From: Clostridia bacterium
GTDB lineage: Bacteria; Bacillota; Clostridia; Christensenellales; Aristaeellaceae
Assembly (NCBI GenBank): GCA_017484085.1
Contig: JAFUTW010000029.1
Coordinates: 192-64,191, forward strand
Direction of reading: 5' to 3'
Length of the DNA stretch: 64,000 nt
The position numbers were made by a program, and so were the translations under genes. The notes under the pieces were generated by a model that saw only the letters and a list, made by a program, of their open reading frames with translations, ran no database searches and was not told the DNA's origin. Of this stretch, positions 45,435-54,540 are shown piece by piece (the first letter of the stretch is position 1; each line of letters begins with the position of its first letter).

Positions 45435-46361
45435 ATGAAGAACACTGGCAGATATGGCAAGACGCTTGCCATCGCGGCCATGCTGGTGCTGGTTATGCTG
45501 CTGTTGACCGGGTGCGGGGAACAGAAAAAATACGATCAGGCTGCGGCTCTGGAGGCCGCAGGGAACTACCATGAGGCATGGCAGCTCTTTTTCAGCCTGG
45601 GCCGCAAGAAGTACAAGGATGCTGAGGAGAAGGCGGAGCAGGTACGCTCTGCCGCCTATCAGGCTGCCAAGGCGGCGCTTGCGGAAGGCCGGTATGATGA
45701 CGCGAAGACCATCGCCGAGCCCTTCCCGTTCAAATACATGGAGACGATCGTGCAATACGCGCAGACAGCAAAGGAAGGAACCTATGTGAAGGACCTGAGG
45801 CTGAGCGGGGACGGAAAACTCTCCTTCACGGCCGGCATCGCTGAGGATGCCGGAGGCGAAGACGGACCGGCAGTACTCCGGGTGCTGCTCAGCGCCTCGG
45901 GCAACGGAAGGGCCAGCGGTACGGTTTACACCGCCGTAAAGGGCGAGAAGGATACGGGGGACGGTTACTTCGATCCGGAGGAGTACAGGACAGACGGCAA
46001 GTATGTGATTGCCGATGTGCCGCTGGAGGGTTGGGTCTATGACGCCGCCCCAAGGTCGCTGACGATCGTGGACTATAGGGAGCTGGCCGACAGCACACTG
46101 GAGCACCTGCGATTCATGCAGATGGCTCACTTTACCCTCGCCTACACGGCGATCATGAACGATGGCACCGAAGGCGCACTGCTGTCCGAATGGGCGTGCC
46201 ACGACCTCATGTTCCGAGACCCGATGAAGACCTTCGCAGGCGGAACCGTCACAGTGCGCATCCTCTCTTCGGACGGGAAGACGACCCTCTTTGAGCAGAG
46301 CACCGATATTCCTGCGGCAGAAAGCAACGGAGAGGAAAATTCTGCTTTGGCCGGGAAATAA
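45435..46361 (+). CDS. Lipoprotein, unknown function (TPR-like N-terminal helices)
   Basis: Lipobox LLLTGC after a basic N-terminus. 308 aa. Confidence 0.65.
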   Translation: MKNTGRYGKTLAIAAMLVLVMLLLTGCGEQKKYDQAAALEAAGNYHEAWQLFFSLGRKKYKDAEEKAEQVRSAAYQAAKAALAEGRYDDAKTIAEPFPFKYMETIVQYAQTAKEGTYVKDLRLSGDGKLSFTAGIAEDAGGEDGPAVLRVLLSASGNGRASGTVYTAVKGEKDTGDGYFDPEEYRTDGKYVIADVPLEGWVYDAAPRSLTIVDYRELADSTLEHLRFMQMAHFTLAYTAIMNDGTEGALLSEWACHDLMFRDPMKTFAGGTVTVRILSSDGKTTLFEQSTDIPAAESNGEENSALAGK

Positions 46362-46424
46362 AACAAAACCCCGTTCAGATTGCTTTGGAGCGGGGACAAA
46401 GCATAAAAAAGCCGCGGGGCTGCT

Positions 46425-47231
46425 TTACTGCAGCTCCGCGGCAAGTGTTTTCTCCGGACCCAGCCGGACCCGACCGGTGATCGTGAGGTTTTCCGGGAGA
46501 TCGTCTCTTACTTCTGCGGAAACGGTGATGACGCCGCCGGGCTGGCGCACGTCAGTATGCGTTATTCCCCTGCCTGCGTGCCAGGCGCGGTAGGCGCCGA
46601 CCGCGGCGCTTCCGCTGCCGCAGCCCGTCTCCCATACGAGGGTGCCGCTGCCCTTGACCAGAACGAGGGGCCACATGGTTTGCTTATCTTCATCCCAGAG
46701 GAGCAGCCCGACCGCCTCCTCCGGCCGTTCTGCCGCAAGGCGGCGCAGCAGCGCTTCCGCTTCGGCTTCATCCGGAAAGGGAGGGCCGGCCCAGATGATG
46801 TGGGCGATCCCTTCCAGCGCGACGGCCGTGAGCGTTTTGCCATCCGCCGTGACCGGGACGATCGCTTTCACGGGCGGCATGGGGACCGTGCCTTCAAAGC
46901 TGCCTGCGAAACGGCGGACCTCACAGGTAAGGATGCCGTCCGCACCGGACATCTCAATGGGGAGTCGGACTTCCTGCCCGGGCAGGAGGCCGTCCTGGTC
47001 CGCAAGCCAGCAGGCGGAGGCCATGGCGGCGTTGCCGCAGAACTCCCCGCCCATGAGGCGGATGCGGGCGCGGCTCCCCGGCAGCGCCGGCGCCTCCAGG
47101 TAGGCGACCTGCTCGCACTCCTGCATCAGGCGGCCGGTGATCGCCCGCTCATCCGCGCCTTCCGGTTTTTCGGTGACCAGGCAGGTGATGTTGCCGGTGG
47201 GATCCAGCGTCACATAGCGTACGGCGTTCAT
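46425..47231 (-). CDS. PLP-independent amino-acid racemase/epimerase, DapF superfamily (CntK/HisR-like)
   Basis: Two catalytic-Cys boxes, GGEFCGNAAM and ETGCGSGSAAVG. The N-terminal LDPTGNITCLV replaces the DapF GNDF box, as I recall for the staphylopine histidine racemase CntK. ATGA overlap with the ABC ATPase gene. Confidence 0.6.
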   Translation of the reverse strand: MNAVRYVTLDPTGNITCLVTEKPEGADERAITGRLMQECEQVAYLEAPALPGSRARIRLMGGEFCGNAAMASACWLADQDGLLPGQEVRLPIEMSGADGILTCEVRRFAGSFEGTVPMPPVKAIVPVTADGKTLTAVALEGIAHIIWAGPPFPDEAEAEALLRRLAAERPEEAVGLLLWDEDKQTMWPLVLVKGSGTLVWETGCGSGSAAVGAYRAWHAGRGITHTDVRQPGGVITVSAEVRDDLPENLTITGRVRLGPEKTLAAELQ

Positions 47232-47992
47232 TTTTCCTGCAGCCTCCGGAGGAACTGGATGGTGCGCTCCTGCGTCGGGTGATCGATGACCTCGCGCGGA
47301 TCGCCCTGCTCCACGATGACGCCGTCGTTCATGAAGACGACCCAGTCGGAGACGTCCCTTGCGAACATCATCTCATGGGTCACGATCACCATCGTCATCT
47401 TCTTTTCAGCCAGCTTGCGGATGACGCGCAGGATCTCGCCGGTGAGCTCGGGGTCCAGTGCGGAGGTAGGCTCGTCAAAGAAGAGGATCTTCGGGTTCAT
47501 CGCCAGCGCGCGGGCGATGGAGACGCGCTGCTGCTGGCCGCCGGAGAGCTGGTAGGGGTAGGCGTCCGCCTTGTCGGCCAGGCCCATCTGCTCCAGCAGG
47601 GCCATCGCCTCGGCGCGCACCTCCGACTTTTCTCGCTTCTGCACCAGCATGGGCGCTTCCATCACGTTTTTCAGCACGGAATAATGGGGGAACAGGTTGA
47701 AATTCTGAAAGACCAGGCCGAACATGCCGCGGATGCGCTGCAGCTCGGCGGGCGGGGCGTAAACGGATCTGCCGCCCTCGTCCCGCGCGGCGTAATTGCC
47801 CAGGTAGATGAGGTCGCCGCCGTCCATGGTCTCCAGCAGCGTGGCACACCGCAGCAGGGTGGATTTTCCGCTTCCGCTGGGGCCGATGATGCTGAGCACC
47901 TGCCCTTCCTCGACGGAGAGGGAGAGGTCTTCCAGCACGCTGGTCGTGCCGAAGTGCTTGCGGCAGTGATTGATTTCCAGTAGCTTACTCAT
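47228..47992 (-). CDS. Polar amino-acid ABC transporter ATP-binding protein
   Basis: Walker A GPSGSGKST, signature LSGGQQQRV, Walker B ILFFDEPTSALD. Confidence 0.9.
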   Translation of the reverse strand: MSKLLEINHCRKHFGTTSVLEDLSLSVEEGQVLSIIGPSGSGKSTLLRCATLLETMDGGDLIYLGNYAARDEGGRSVYAPPAELQRIRGMFGLVFQNFNLFPHYSVLKNVMEAPMLVQKREKSEVRAEAMALLEQMGLADKADAYPYQLSGGQQQRVSIARALAMNPKILFFDEPTSALDPELTGEILRVIRKLAEKKMTMVIVTHEMMFARDVSDWVVFMNDGVIVEQGDPREVIDHPTQERTIQFLRRLQEK

Positions 47993-48006
47993 TGTCGCAT
48001 CCCCCT

Positions 48007-48654
48007 TTAGCGGTAGTAGCTGAGGCGCTTTTCAAAACGCCCCATGACAAACGCCACGGCGGCGTTGAACAGGAAGTAGAACACGCCCGCGATGACGAAC
48101 GGCATAAAGCTGGTCTGGGAGTTGGCGATCTGCTTGCCGATGGTGAACATCTCCTGGTAGGCGACGGTAAAGGCCATGGAGGTGTCCTTGACCAGCGTCA
48201 CGACCTCGTTGGTGACGGAGGGGAGGATGCGCTTGACGACCTGCGGCAGGATGATGCGCATGAAGCACTGGAAGCGGCTGTAGCCCAGCACCTCCGCCGC
48301 CTCATCCTGGCCGCGGCTGATGGACTCGATGCCGCCGCGGTAGATCTCCGCGAAATACGCGGCGTAGTTGAGGGCGAACGCGATGATGACCGGCACCAGC
48401 TTTTCCCTGGCGACGCCCATGCCGAAGAGGTAGAAGGGGCCGTAGGTGACGGCGAGCAGCTGCAGCATGAGCGGCGTACCGCGCAGGACGGAGATGTAGG
48501 CCTTGGTGATCGCTGAGACCACGCGATTTTTGCTCATTCGCAGCAGCGCCACCACCATGCCGAGCGGCAGGGAGAAGAGCAGGGTGAGGAAGAAGATGGC
48601 GCAGGTTCTGCCCAGGCCCTCGCTCATCTTGGCAATCATGGTCAGGATCGTCAT
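48007..48654 (-). CDS. Polar amino-acid ABC transporter permease (His/Glu/Gln/Arg/opine family)
   Basis: 215 aa, 5-TM type, with loop GQDEAAEVLGYSRFQCFMRIILPQ. Confidence 0.85.
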   Translation of the reverse strand: MTILTMIAKMSEGLGRTCAIFFLTLLFSLPLGMVVALLRMSKNRVVSAITKAYISVLRGTPLMLQLLAVTYGPFYLFGMGVAREKLVPVIIAFALNYAAYFAEIYRGGIESISRGQDEAAEVLGYSRFQCFMRIILPQVVKRILPSVTNEVVTLVKDTSMAFTVAYQEMFTIGKQIANSQTSFMPFVIAGVFYFLFNAAVAFVMGRFEKRLSYYR

Positions 48655-48733
48655 ACCGGGGAAACTCCTTTACACGAAACGACCCCCCGAAGGGGGCCTT
48701 GTTCTTTTGTCGGCACAGCGTCTGAAGGCGGGA

Positions 48734-49519
48734 TCACTCGGCCTTCGGCAGCAGGCACAGGACGTTCGGATCCAGCTCGTACTTCTCGGCGAGGGCGAGA
48801 TAGGTACCGTCCTCCACGAGCTTCATGATGCCCTCTTCCACCTTGGCGCACAGCGCGTCGTCGCCGCTCCGGAAGCAGATGCCGTACTGCTCGCTGCCCA
48901 GGGTCTCATCCAGGATGGCAAGGCCGCCGAACTTCTTCTTAAGGGTCTCGGCGACGGGCAGGTCGATGACCACCGCGTCCACGCTGCCGGCGGCCAGCTC
49001 GGTGCCGCAGATGTTGAAGTTTTCCATCGTCATGGCCTCGCCGCCCTCAAAGGTGGCGGAAAGCGCAGCCTGATCGTTTGCCAGCAGCTCCTGGCCGGAG
49101 GTGCCCAGCTGGACGGCGACCCGCTTGCCGGCGAGATCCGCTGTGGTCGTGATGCCGCTGTCTTCCTTGACCAGGACGACCTGCGTGTTGTCATAGTAGG
49201 GGAAGGAGAGCACGTAGCCCGCTTCCTTCATGGAATCCAGAAGGGTCATGCCGGACCAGACGCAGTCATGCTCGCCGCTGTCCAGGGAGTTCAGCTTGAA
49301 GTCCCAGTTCACGGGGACGATCTCCAGGTCCCAGCCGTTCATCTCGCAGACGGCTTTGCACATTTCCACGTCAAAGCCTGCGTATTCGCCGCTGTCGTCC
49401 AGGTAGCTGAAGGGCGGATACTCGGCGTCGATGCCCATCTTGAAGGTCTCGGCCATGGCCAAAGACGCGGAGAGGAGCAGCATCAGGGAAAGGACCAGCG
49501 CAAGGCTCTTTTTCATCAT
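48734..49519 (-). CDS. Polar amino-acid ABC transporter substrate-binding protein (family 3)
   Basis: Signal peptide. GIDAEYPPFSYLDDSGEYAGFDVEM... is typical of family 3. Confidence 0.85.
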   Translation of the reverse strand: MMKKSLALVLSLMLLLSASLAMAETFKMGIDAEYPPFSYLDDSGEYAGFDVEMCKAVCEMNGWDLEIVPVNWDFKLNSLDSGEHDCVWSGMTLLDSMKEAGYVLSFPYYDNTQVVLVKEDSGITTTADLAGKRVAVQLGTSGQELLANDQAALSATFEGGEAMTMENFNICGTELAAGSVDAVVIDLPVAETLKKKFGGLAILDETLGSEQYGICFRSGDDALCAKVEEGIMKLVEDGTYLALAEKYELDPNVLCLLPKAE

Positions 49520-49566
49520 GGGGGTTGTTCCTCCTTGTTCGGATCATTGGATTTCAGTACGGCAGT

Positions 49567-49595
49567 ACTTTACCACTTTATCAGGATAAAGTCAA
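49567..49595 (-). promoter_or_regulatory. Promoter candidate with an embedded 12-bp palindrome
   Basis: On the minus strand: TTGACT, 17-nt spacer, TAAAGT. The spacer starts with TTATCCTGATAA (plus-strand 49578..49589). Confidence 0.45.
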
Positions 49596-49606
49596 CCCTG
49601 TTCGGC

Positions 49607-49639
49607 AGAAAACAAAAACGCCTCCCGGAAAGGGAGGCG
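49607..49639 (-). terminator. Rho-independent terminator after the ABC permease gene
   Basis: On the minus strand CGCCTCCC-TTTCC-GGGAGGCG is followed by TTTTTGTTTTC. Confidence 0.8.
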
Positions 49640-49656
49640 AAAGAGAAATGCAGGGT

Positions 49657-51318
49657 TTACAGCTTGATATCCTCCGACTTGGTCACGCCGAGGTAGAGGA
49701 TGAGCGATACGGCCGTGAGGACCGTGAGAATGGCGGCAAAGGCGCAGGCCAGGCCGTCGTTGCCGCGGGAAATGGCGGCGTAGGTGGACATCGTGAGGGT
49801 GATCGTCTTGTTGTTGTAGAGGATGATGGCGCTGGAGAGCTCGGTCACGATGGCGACCCAGCTGAGGATGGCGCCGGACATGATGCCGTTGGCCATCATG
49901 GGCGTCGTGACCTTGAAGAAGGTCTTCAGCTTACTGGCGCCCAGCGAGATAGCCGCCTCCTCCGTGCTGATGGGGATGCCCTGCAGCGTTGCCGTCGCAG
50001 AGCGGATGGTGTACGGCATCCTTCGGATGACCAGGGCGATGACCATGATGGCCATGGTGCCGGTGAGCGCGAAGGGCTGCTTGCCGAAGGCGATGACCAG
50101 CGCGATGCCGATGATGGAGCCCGGCATGATGTAGGGCAGCATGGACAGCGTGTCGATCGCGTGGTTGAGCGGCTTCGGCCGGCGTACGACCAGATAGGCG
50201 ATGAGGATGGCGAACAGGATGATGATCGCCAGGGAGACGACGCCGAAGATGACCGTGTTGTTGATGGAGCGCACCAGCAGCTTCTTCATGGCCTTCTGGT
50301 AGTTGCCCAGCGAGTATCCGGGCTTGAAGACAGCCTGGTCACAGTTACGGAAGGAGAGGTAGATGATGTAGAGCTGGGGCAGGAAAGCCGCGGCGATGAG
50401 CCCGTAGCAGTAGACGTACATGAGCAGGCCGCGGATGCCCGTGGGCTTGCGCTTCTGAATGGGGTGAAGCGCGGAGATGGAGAAGTTGAACTTGTTGGTG
50501 GCCCACTTCTGGATGAAGAAGACGAGCGCCGTCACCACGATGGCGATGACGGAGATGGCCGCCGCAAAGTTGTGGTTGGTGCCGTTCTCACCCAAATACT
50601 GATTGTAGATCTCCACCGGGAAGGTGCGGAAACCCTCGCCGATGAGCAGCGGGGTGCCGAAATCGGCAAACGCGCGCATGAACACCAGAAGCGAGGCGGC
50701 GAGGATCGTGGGCATGGACAGCTGCATGATGACCTTGAAGAACCGGCGCACGCCTGTGCAGCCCATGTTGGCGGAGGCCTCGATCAGCGTGTTGTCGATG
50801 GATTTGAACGCGCCGTTCATGTACACGAAGACCAGCGGGAAGAACTTGAGGCTCTGCACCATGAGGATGCCGTTGAACCCGTAAATGCTGCCCAGCCGGA
50901 TGCCGAACACGTTTTTGATGAAGACGGTGATGACGCCGTTGCGCCCCAGCAGCATGATCCAGCTGTATGCGCCGAGGAAGGGCGCGGACATGCAGCAGAG
51001 GATGGAGGTGACGAACAGGAACTTCGACCCCTTCAGGGTGAAGAAGGAATAGAAGTAGGCGAACGGGATGCCCAGCAGCAGCGTCACGATGGTGACGGCG
51101 ATGGTGACGGTAAAGCTGTTGATGATGGTGGAGGAGTAGTAGGGCGTGGAGAAGAACTTGCCGAACTGCTCCAGCGTAAAGTGCCCGTCAGGGGAGAAGA
51201 CTGCCTGCTGCAGCACGCCGAACATCGGATAGACCATGAAGAAGAGAAAGGCGGCGAGCAGGATCCACGAGATGACGGACCACACTTCAAATCTCTGTTT
51301 TTCCCTCATGGGTGCCAC
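49657..51318 (-). CDS. ABC transporter permease with two fused membrane domains (FbpB/ThiP-type)
   Basis: 553 aa, ~12 TM, with two EAA-like loops (LIEASANMGCTGVRRFFKVIMQ and TEEAAISLGASKLKTFFKVTTP). Confidence 0.8.
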   Translation of the reverse strand: MAPMREKQRFEVWSVISWILLAAFLFFMVYPMFGVLQQAVFSPDGHFTLEQFGKFFSTPYYSSTIINSFTVTIAVTIVTLLLGIPFAYFYSFFTLKGSKFLFVTSILCCMSAPFLGAYSWIMLLGRNGVITVFIKNVFGIRLGSIYGFNGILMVQSLKFFPLVFVYMNGAFKSIDNTLIEASANMGCTGVRRFFKVIMQLSMPTILAASLLVFMRAFADFGTPLLIGEGFRTFPVEIYNQYLGENGTNHNFAAAISVIAIVVTALVFFIQKWATNKFNFSISALHPIQKRKPTGIRGLLMYVYCYGLIAAAFLPQLYIIYLSFRNCDQAVFKPGYSLGNYQKAMKKLLVRSINNTVIFGVVSLAIIILFAILIAYLVVRRPKPLNHAIDTLSMLPYIMPGSIIGIALVIAFGKQPFALTGTMAIMVIALVIRRMPYTIRSATATLQGIPISTEEAAISLGASKLKTFFKVTTPMMANGIMSGAILSWVAIVTELSSAIILYNNKTITLTMSTYAAISRGNDGLACAFAAILTVLTAVSLILYLGVTKSEDIKL

Positions 51319-51319
51319 C

Positions 51320-52438
51320 TCACTTGTCCCGGACCAGATCGTTTTCTACGCCTGTCAGCAGGTTGCGCGCGCCGTCCTCGGAGAAGAGGTTGGCCTTTTC
51401 GGTGTTGAGGCGCAGACGGACTTCCGTGCCCGGCTCGATGATGGAATCGATGGTGGATTCCTGGATGATCTCCGCCTTCTCGCCGGAGGTGAGATGCACG
51501 AAGTAATGCGTGTTGAGGCCGAGGAAGACGCAGTCGTCCACGACGGCGGACAGGCCGTCCCCGCCGTGCTTCTGCACGATCAGCTCCTCCGGGCGGGCGC
51601 TCAGCTTGATCTTCTGCGGCTTCACATTCTCGGGTGCGACCGTGTCGAAGGTGACGGAGTACCCTGTGGGCAGATCCACGACCGCCTTGCCGCCCTCCAC
51701 GCGCATCGTGCCGTCCAGGATGTTGCTGCGGCCGATGAAGGTGGAGACGAAGAGGTTGGCCGGGCGCTGGTAGATGTTCTTGGGCGTGCCCACGTGCTGG
51801 ATGACGCCGCCGTTCATGACGGCGATGCGGTCGGAAACCGCCATGGCTTCCTCCTGGTCATGCGTCACGTACACGGTGGTGATGCCGACGCTGTTCTGAA
51901 TCTCCTTGATCGCCGTGCGCATCTCCACGCGCAGCTTGGCATCCAGGTTGGAGAGCGGCTCATCCATCAGCAGCACATCCGGCTCGATGCACAGCGCGCG
52001 GGCGAGCGCGACACGCTGCTGCTGGCCGCCGGAGAGGCGGTCGGGCATGCGGTCGGCATATTCGTCGATATGCATGAGCTTCATGAACTTGTCGGTCTGC
52101 TTTGCGATCTGGTCCTTGGGCATGCGACGCTCCTTGAGGCCGAAGGCCACGTTGTTGCGCACGGACAGGTGCGGGAAGATCGCGTAGTTCTGGAAGACCA
52201 TGCCGATGTTGCGCTTGGCCGGATCCAGATCGTTGATTCGGGTGTCGTTAAAGTAGAAGTCTCCGCCCTCGATGCTGTTGAAGCCGGCGATCATGCGCAG
52301 CAGCGTCGTCTTGCCGCAGCCGGACGGGCCGAGGAGGGTGAAGAATTCACCGCCGCGGATGTGCAGCGTAAGGTCCTCAATCACCGTGTTGTTGCCGTAT
52401 TTCTTGACGGCATCCAGAATGTTGATTTGTACGCTCAT
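51320..52438 (-). CDS. ABC transporter ATP-binding protein (FbpC/PotA-type with C-terminal TOBE-like domain)
   Basis: Walker A GPSGCGKTT, signature LSGGQQQRV, Walker B VLLMDEPLSNLD. Confidence 0.9.
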   Translation of the reverse strand: MSVQINILDAVKKYGNNTVIEDLTLHIRGGEFFTLLGPSGCGKTTLLRMIAGFNSIEGGDFYFNDTRINDLDPAKRNIGMVFQNYAIFPHLSVRNNVAFGLKERRMPKDQIAKQTDKFMKLMHIDEYADRMPDRLSGGQQQRVALARALCIEPDVLLMDEPLSNLDAKLRVEMRTAIKEIQNSVGITTVYVTHDQEEAMAVSDRIAVMNGGVIQHVGTPKNIYQRPANLFVSTFIGRSNILDGTMRVEGGKAVVDLPTGYSVTFDTVAPENVKPQKIKLSARPEELIVQKHGGDGLSAVVDDCVFLGLNTHYFVHLTSGEKAEIIQESTIDSIIEPGTEVRLRLNTEKANLFSEDGARNLLTGVENDLVRDK

Positions 52439-52490
52439 CGTCGATCAATCCTTTCAGGGGCGACAGCCGGCGCCCATATTTGCTGTGGCC

Positions 52491-52518
52491 ATTATAGCAT
52501 AATTGACGAAGGCGGCAA
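52491..52518 (-). promoter_or_regulatory. Promoter candidate with extended -10 for the ATPase-permease pair
   Basis: On the minus strand: TTGCCG, 16-nt spacer, TGCTATAAT. Confidence 0.45.
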
Positions 52519-52634
52519 AAGGTCTTTTAACGGAATTTCCCAGTTGCGCAGGCTTTTTTTGCATGGAACTGCCGAAACAAAGCTGTTATTGCCTCTGCGG
52601 GGCTGATGCTTTCCGGCCGGATCTGCGGCGGCGT

Positions 52635-52661
52635 ACAAAAGCGGCAGCCTTCCGGCTGCCG
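52635..52661 (-). terminator. Terminator candidate after the inserted hypothetical gene
   Basis: On the minus strand CGGCAGCC-GGAA-GGCTGCCG is followed by CTTTTGT. Confidence 0.5.
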
Positions 52662-52668
52662 ACCGCTT

Positions 52669-53265
52669 TTATTCGGTCAGTTCCTTGGGACGGGACTTTT
52701 TGTTCTGATTTGTATCGGTCTGCACTGCGCCGAAGGTGAAGCCGGTGGTAAGATCCACGCTCTCCAGGCCTGTAACGGGGATCTCATAGGTTTGCCCGCC
52801 TCTCACATCCAGGGCCAGCGCATTCAGAAGCCCCGAAAGGCTGCTGCTTGAGGAAAACGCGCGCATCGCCTCGGCGAACAGTTCGCTTTCCATTACGCGG
52901 GACACGATCTCTTCCCGCTCAAGCGGGTTGTCTCTGTCGGTGATGTCGTGCATAAACCCGCTCAGGTCAAACCAGCGGCCGTTCAGATGGCACAGATACT
53001 TCATCTGCTCGATCTCGGCATCGCCCGGTTTCATGGATAGATAGACCAGCAGGGGGATCGTCCGCCCGGGCCGGCTCATCATGCGGATGCTGTGTCCGTC
53101 CGCGCCTGCGCTGCCCATATCGCTGTAGATGACTTCCGCCTGCTGCGCGGTCAGGGACGGCGTTCCGGCCTCCGGCTCGGGCAGATCGGTGACGACGCTC
53201 GCGGTCAGGCCGAGCATCTGCCCTTCGCCGTCTGTGATGACCTTCACGGCACCATCCTGCAGCAA
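52669..53265 (-). CDS. Hypothetical cytoplasmic protein (start uncertain: TTG 53265, GTG 53247 or ATG 53217)
   Basis: The ORF-track start at 53352 overlaps the upstream SBP gene and its terminator, so a later start is more likely. No motif recognised. Confidence 0.4.
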   Translation of the reverse strand: MLQDGAVKVITDGEGQMLGLTASVVTDLPEPEAGTPSLTAQQAEVIYSDMGSAGADGHSIRMMSRPGRTIPLLVYLSMKPGDAEIEQMKYLCHLNGRWFDLSGFMHDITDRDNPLEREEIVSRVMESELFAEAMRAFSSSSSLSGLLNALALDVRGGQTYEIPVTGLESVDLTTGFTFGAVQTDTNQNKKSRPKELTE

Positions 53266-53277
53266 TGAAAACAGGAC

Positions 53278-53309
53278 GAAGAAAAAGCGCTCCCCGTAAA
53301 GGGGAGCGC
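53278..53309 (-). terminator. Rho-independent terminator after the substrate-binding protein gene
   Basis: On the minus strand GCGCTCCCC-TTTAC-GGGGAGCGC is followed by TTTTTCTTC. Confidence 0.75.
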
Positions 53310-53321
53310 CGGGTGCCGGGA

Positions 53322-54341
53322 TCAGTTCGCTTTGGTGTACAGGTCGTTCCACTTTTCAAGGCACATCGCCTTGTTCTCGATGAGCCAGTCGATGTCGCGG
53401 GTGACCCACTTGATCTCGTCATAGGGCTTCAGGTACGGGGACTCGAAGGAGGCGTTCGCGTTGGTGACGCGCAGCGTGCCCTGGGAGCCGGCGCGCACGG
53501 ACTGCCAGTGGGCATCCAGCGTGTAGTCGATGAAGGCTTTCGCGGCCGCTTCATGCTTGGCGCCCTTTACGATGGCGCCGCCGAAGGCGTAAGCGCCGCA
53601 GCCCTCTTCGGGGTAGACGATGGCGACTTCCGTGTTGCCGTCACGCAGCAGGGTGGCAGCCTGATCCTCGGCAGTGAGGCCGACCGCGTACTCGCCGTTG
53701 CCGACGGACTTGAAGACGGTGGAGGAGCTCTGCACCACGACGAGCTTGTTGTTCATAAGCTTCTCGAGGTAATCCCACATCTCGGGCGTGTCATAGCCGA
53801 AGACGGCCAGCATGTTGGAAAAGTTGTTCCACGCCGCGGAAGAGGAGTTGGGATCGGCCACGATGATCTTGCCCATGAGCTCCGGCTGGAGCAGGTCCTG
53901 ATAATTGTTAACGGTGACGCCCAGTTCGCCCAGAATCGTGGTGTTGACGACGAAGCAGATGGGCGCGATGAAGTTGTAGTTGTAGATGCCGTTGTTGCTG
54001 TGGTAGCCTTCGAGCATCTCCGCATCGTTGGGGGAGACATAGGGCTCGAAGTAATCCACATAGTTGGTGCCGTCGGTCTGCGTGAGGCCGCCGACCATCA
54101 GGTCCGCCTGGGGATTGTCCGCCTCTGCCGCGATTCTCGCGACGAGCTCGCCGGCGGAGCCGTTCACGATCTCGACCTCGCAGTCCGGATAGAGCTCATT
54201 GAAGCCGTCGACCAGTACTTCGCAGTCCTTCTCGGTCTGCGGGGTGTAGATGACGAGGGTGTCGCCGATGTCCTCGGCCAGCGCGGCAAACGACGCTGAG
54301 ACCATAAGGACGGCCAGAAGCAGGGAAAGCAGCTTTTTCAT
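53322..54341 (-). CDS. ABC transporter substrate-binding protein (FbpA/AfuA/thiamine-type family 1)
   Basis: Start at the ATG 54341 (AGGAGG RBS). Signal peptide MKKLLSLLLAVLMVSASFAALAED. ~339 aa. Confidence 0.7.
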   Translation of the reverse strand: MKKLLSLLLAVLMVSASFAALAEDIGDTLVIYTPQTEKDCEVLVDGFNELYPDCEVEIVNGSAGELVARIAAEADNPQADLMVGGLTQTDGTNYVDYFEPYVSPNDAEMLEGYHSNNGIYNYNFIAPICFVVNTTILGELGVTVNNYQDLLQPELMGKIIVADPNSSSAAWNNFSNMLAVFGYDTPEMWDYLEKLMNNKLVVVQSSSTVFKSVGNGEYAVGLTAEDQAATLLRDGNTEVAIVYPEEGCGAYAFGGAIVKGAKHEAAAKAFIDYTLDAHWQSVRAGSQGTLRVTNANASFESPYLKPYDEIKWVTRDIDWLIENKAMCLEKWNDLYTKAN

Positions 54342-54540
54342 GGGACATTCCTCCTTTTTATTGTCAGCGGCACCGCCGCCGGTTGACACGTTTCATCTGC
54401 TTACAGTTTAGCATATTTTCACCCTGATGGGAATAGAAATCAGGCGAAAGAAAGAACCGCCTGCAGGATTGACAAGCTGCCGGGCCTCGCCTATAGTGGG
54501 GAGCGACTGCAAACCGCTGCGGGGCAGCCCGCCTGAGGAG

